Assembly (NCBI GenBank): GCA_963734495.1
Contig: CAVTHK010000016.1
Location: forward strand, 224,001 to 288,000
Length of the DNA stretch: 64,000 nt
From: an uncultured Spirochaetota bacterium
Lineage (GTDB): Bacteria > Spirochaetota > Spirochaetia > SZUA-6 > CAVTHK01
Direction of reading: 5' to 3'
Positions 61,037 to 64,000 of this stretch are shown here, piece by piece; the stretch's first letter is position 1; every line of letters begins with the position of its first letter. Made by a program: the position numbers and the translations under genes. The notes beneath the pieces are model-generated. The model ran no database searches and was not told where the DNA came from. It saw only the letters and a program-made list of their open reading frames with translations.

Positions 61037-62001
61037 ATGACAGAACGAGTCCGACCCGCCGCCGCGGCCTTCATTTTTCTCATCATGGCTCTGGCCAGGG
61101 CTGCGGGCGCGTCAGAGCCCGTCGACATCCAGATACGTCTGTTCGACAAGCGGGTCTACTACGTCAACCGCGCCGACGAGATCAGGCTCAAGGTCACGGT
61201 CGTCAACACGAGCGCCGAGCCTTACCGCTTCCGGCTCGCGGACGATCGCGTCTACAACCTCGACTTCGAGGTCAAGACCCTGGCCAACGTCCAGCTTTCG
61301 CACTCGAGGGACTTTACCACCGCGCGCGGCGGCGATCAATACGTGTTCTTCCGCGAGGTCGAGCTGCAGCCGGGCGAGGAGTACGCGTTCGACGTGACCC
61401 TCGACCGCTTCATCCAGGTCGACAAGACGGGAGTCCTCACGGTGCAGGCCTTCTTCTTCCCTCAGCTCTTCCGCGATGCCGAGCTCGCCCAAAGTCGCGT
61501 CCAACGTGGTCCCTGTCAACGTGCGTCCGGCGGTCCTCACGGAAAAGGAGCAGCAGCTCATCGAGCGCGACACTAACGAAGTGCTCACGCGCGAGCCCAT
61601 CTCCGCGGACCAGGTGGTCGAGTTCACGATCCGGGCGCAGGCAGCAGGGGCAGATGCACCGCTTCCTGCTCTACCTCGACGTGCAGAGCTTGATGCTGGC
61701 GAGCCCCGACTGGAAGCGCAAGTTCGACCGGCTCGACGAGCCGGGGCGGCGGGACCTGCTCGCGCAGTACCAGGACATGCTCATGAAGAGCACGGTCGAC
61801 CAGGACATCCAGACCGTGCCTCAGGACTTTACGATCCTCAACACGCAGTACACCCCGTCGCGCGGGACCGTCACGGTCGAAGAGAGGTTCAGGTACCGCG
61901 ACTACACCGAGGTCAAGCAGTACACGTACAACCTCACGAGGCGCGACCGCGTCTGGATGATCACCGGCTACGAGGTCGCGAACGTGCGCACCACGCAGTA
62001 G
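61037..62001 (+). CDS. Secreted hypothetical protein divergent from mfd; 2 frameshifts
   Basis: Signal peptide; beta-rich N-domain (IRLFDKRVYY) and alpha/beta C-domain; strong codon bias. Confidence 0.65.
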
Positions 62002-62109
62002 CGGTCCTTTGGACGCGGCCCGGCCGCGGAGGGCGGCGGGGCCGGCGTGCTCCTCCGTGCTCGCGAGGTTGACCGCGGCCCCGCTGCTATCTATACATTA
62101 GGTCTCGAC

Positions 62110-63027
62110 ATGCAAATCCGCGACGTTTTCCGGACGCACGAGACGACGTTCAGCTTCGAGTTCTTCCCCCCACGCGCGGTCAAGGCGTGGGACGGCCTTT
62201 TCGAGGTCATTCGCCAGCTGGACGCGCTCGCGCCGGACTTTGTGTCCGTGACCTACGGCGCGGGCGGCAGCACGCGGCAGCTCACCCACGACCTGGTGGT
62301 GCGGATCAAGGAGCAGACCCGCCTGCACCCGATCCCGCACCTCACCTGCGTCGCGCACACCGAGCGGGAGATCACCGAGATCCTGCAGCGCTACTGGGAC
62401 CACGGGATCGAGAACATCCTCGCCTTGAGCGGGGACCCGCCTCGCGACATCCCGGGGTACAGCCGCGACCACGACGCATTCAAATACGCCGCGGACCTCG
62501 TGCGCTTTATCGTGAGATTCAACTCGAGGCAGGGAAATGGGGGCCGCGCCGGCTTCGGGATCGGCGTCGCGGGGTTCCCCGAAGGGCATCCGGACACCCC
62601 GAACCGCCTGCAGGAGATCGAGCACCTCAAGGCGAAGGTCGACGAGGGCGCGGACTACATCTGCACCCAGCTCTTCTTCGACAACCACGACTTCTTCGAT
62701 TTCAGGGAGCGCTGCGTCCACGGGGGGATCAGGGTCCCGATCGTCGCCGGGGTCATGCCGGTCGTCTCGCGCTCGAACTTCGAGCGCATCCCGGAGATGG
62801 CGCTCGGCGCCCGTTACCCCGCCGCGCTGCTCAAGCAGCTCACCCGCTACGAGAGCGACGAGGACATCGCCCGCGTGGGAGTCGACTGGACAACGTGGCA
62901 GTGCGAGGAGCTGCTGGCGTTCGGCGTGAGCGGGATTCATTTCTACACCCTCAACCGCTCGCCGGCGACTCTCGAGATCTTCCGCAGGCTGGGCGTTCAG
63001 CAACGCCGAGGATCCAGCAAGAAATGA
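62110..63027 (+). CDS. metF: 5,10-methylenetetrahydrofolate reductase
   Basis: SFEFFPP, SVTYGAGGS, HLTC, FPEGH, TQLFFD, HFYTLN; promoter TTGACC-17nt-TATACA. Confidence 0.95.
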   Translation: MQIRDVFRTHETTFSFEFFPPRAVKAWDGLFEVIRQLDALAPDFVSVTYGAGGSTRQLTHDLVVRIKEQTRLHPIPHLTCVAHTEREITEILQRYWDHGIENILALSGDPPRDIPGYSRDHDAFKYAADLVRFIVRFNSRQGNGGRAGFGIGVAGFPEGHPDTPNRLQEIEHLKAKVDEGADYICTQLFFDNHDFFDFRERCVHGGIRVPIVAGVMPVVSRSNFERIPEMALGARYPAALLKQLTRYESDEDIARVGVDWTTWQCEELLAFGVSGIHFYTLNRSPATLEIFRRLGVQQRRGSSKK

Positions 63028-63401
63028 CCGAGCGCGGGGCGCCGGGATGGCGCGGCGCCCTCAGGCAGGCCGTCGTCCTCCCGATCCGCCTGTACCGACT
63101 GGTGATTTCGCCGATACTTCCGGGAGCCTGCATCTACACGCCAACCTGCTCCCAGTACGCCATGGACGCCATCGTCCGCCACGGTGTGCTCCGCGGGCTT
63201 GCCGCCGCGATCGCGAGGGTCCTGCGCTGCGCGGGCGGGCTCTACGAAGGCGGGGACGACCCGGTCCCCGAGCGCATCACCTGGCGCGCGCTCGCGGACG
63301 GCTACCGCAGATTCTGGCGCCACCGGCGCCACTTGCAGCCCCGGCGCCCATGGCGCTCCCGGCGCTCCCGGCGGTCCAAGCGCACAACGAAGCCCGCCTG
63401 A
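63024..63401 (+). CDS. yidD: Membrane protein insertion efficiency factor
   Basis: YRLVISP..CIYTPTCSQY..AI..HG..RC..GGDDPVP; ATG overlaps the metF TGA. Confidence 0.85.
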   Translation: MTERGAPGWRGALRQAVVLPIRLYRLVISPILPGACIYTPTCSQYAMDAIVRHGVLRGLAAAIARVLRCAGGLYEGGDDPVPERITWRALADGYRRFWRHRRHLQPRRPWRSRRSRRSKRTTKPA

Positions 63402-63554
63402 GCGTGGCCGACCGGGCACACGAAGAGCGTGCCGGGCAGGCGGCGCGGCGGGTGTCTGAGCAGTTGCGGGTGCGAGAGGGCGATAGAAGTGGTGGACCGG
63501 TGCCCTGACCGGTCCTGCGTCGGGCCGAAGGCGAGGCGGGTTGCTATCCCGTGG

Positions 63555-63725
63555 CTATACCTTGCCGGATTCCTTGTACATCACGTGCTTGCGGACAAAG
63601 GGGTCGTACTTCTTGACCTCCATCTTGCCCTGCGCGTTCCGGCGGTTCTTGGTGGTGTAGTAGCAGTGATTGCTTTCGGAGCTCTTCAGCCGCACCTTGA
63701 CGACGGTGTCCTTGGCCTTGGCCAT
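63555..63725 (-). CDS. rpmG: 50S ribosomal protein bL33 (Zn-free type)
   Basis: YYTTKNRRN...[25 protein letters not shown]. Confidence 0.93.
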   Translation of the reverse strand: MAKAKDTVVKVRLKSSESNHCYYTTKNRRNAQGKMEVKKYDPFVRKHVMYKESGKV

Positions 63726-63775
63726 TGCATCCCTCCCGGAGGGCAAGCCCCGGCGCGCGGCCGGGGCTCAAACCT

Positions 63776-63946
63776 CTACATCAGGTCGCGAGGCTTCCGT
63801 GCCTTGTTACCGGTCTTTTCACAGACCGCGTAGTGGCGCAGCTTGCCCTTTTCGAAGACCGACTTCATGACGATCTTGCCGCCCCACCGGCTGGTCAGGA
63901 CCTGGGTGCCTTCGCGGCGGGCATTCTTTGAGATATCACCGGCCAA
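63776..63946 (-). CDS. 56-aa basic protein upstream of rpmG (below the ORF-track cutoff)
   Basis: AGGAGG SD 6 nt before TTG; MAGDISKNARREGTQVLTSRWGGKIVMKSVFEKGKLRHYAVCEKTGNKARKPRDLM-TAG. Confidence 0.75.
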   Translation of the reverse strand: MAGDISKNARREGTQVLTSRWGGKIVMKSVFEKGKLRHYAVCEKTGNKARKPRDLM

Positions 63947-64000
63947 GAGTCACCTCCTAGTGCTTGACGGGAACGAGCTTATATACTCACTTCCACGAAT

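Noticed and set aside
62002-62109. SAM riboswitch upstream of metF
   Set aside because: The promoter sits about 12 nt from the ATG, leaving no room, and no S-box motifs are present.
63964-63987. Plus-strand promoter TTGACG...TATACT at the window end
   Set aside because: The spacer is only 12 nt.
1-64000. Many long overlapping or antisense ORFs in the track (e.g. 20800-23556 +, 18348-20324 -, 10273-12327 -)
   Set aside because: Shadow ORFs expected from high GC; they overlap well-supported genes and carry no motifs.

Overview
High-GC bacterial chromosome segment, most likely a free-living spirochaete (TP0733-like beta-barrel near folD, cdaA-cdaR-acpS-DUF2225-truA-udg-priA order, divergent FliG). 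Positions 1-39.5 kb and 56.5-64 kb hold mostly housekeeping genes: folate/C1 (folB, folE, folP, folD, metF), purine and pyrimidine genes (split purH, purE, carAB), c-di-AMP (cdaA/cdaR), priA, mfd, pcnB, peptidases and rpmG. Between tRNA-Glu(CTC) (39997-40068) and tRNA-Gln(CTG) (56366-56436) lies a ~16 kb accessory region. Its left ~5.8 kb is visibly less GC-rich and encodes an HNH/coiled-coil protein, an AbiJ/HEPN-like protein, a DUF559/PD-(D/E)XK-like nuclease, a Sel1-repeat + amino-acid SBP fusion and two small mobile-element-like genes. It also carries tandem repeats and a 12-nt copy of the tRNA-Glu anticodon arm. This candidate defence islet is the best prospect for an undescribed system. 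Other highlights are a candidate attenuator upstream of carAB, a 56-aa basic ORF upstream of rpmG that the ORF track misses, a 64-aa orphan with its own promoter, and many apparently leaderless genes. About 17 genes, several of them core housekeeping, carry small frameshifts, most likely long-read indel errors. All calls come from reading motifs by eye; no database searches were run. No CRISPR array, rRNA, integrase or transposase was seen.
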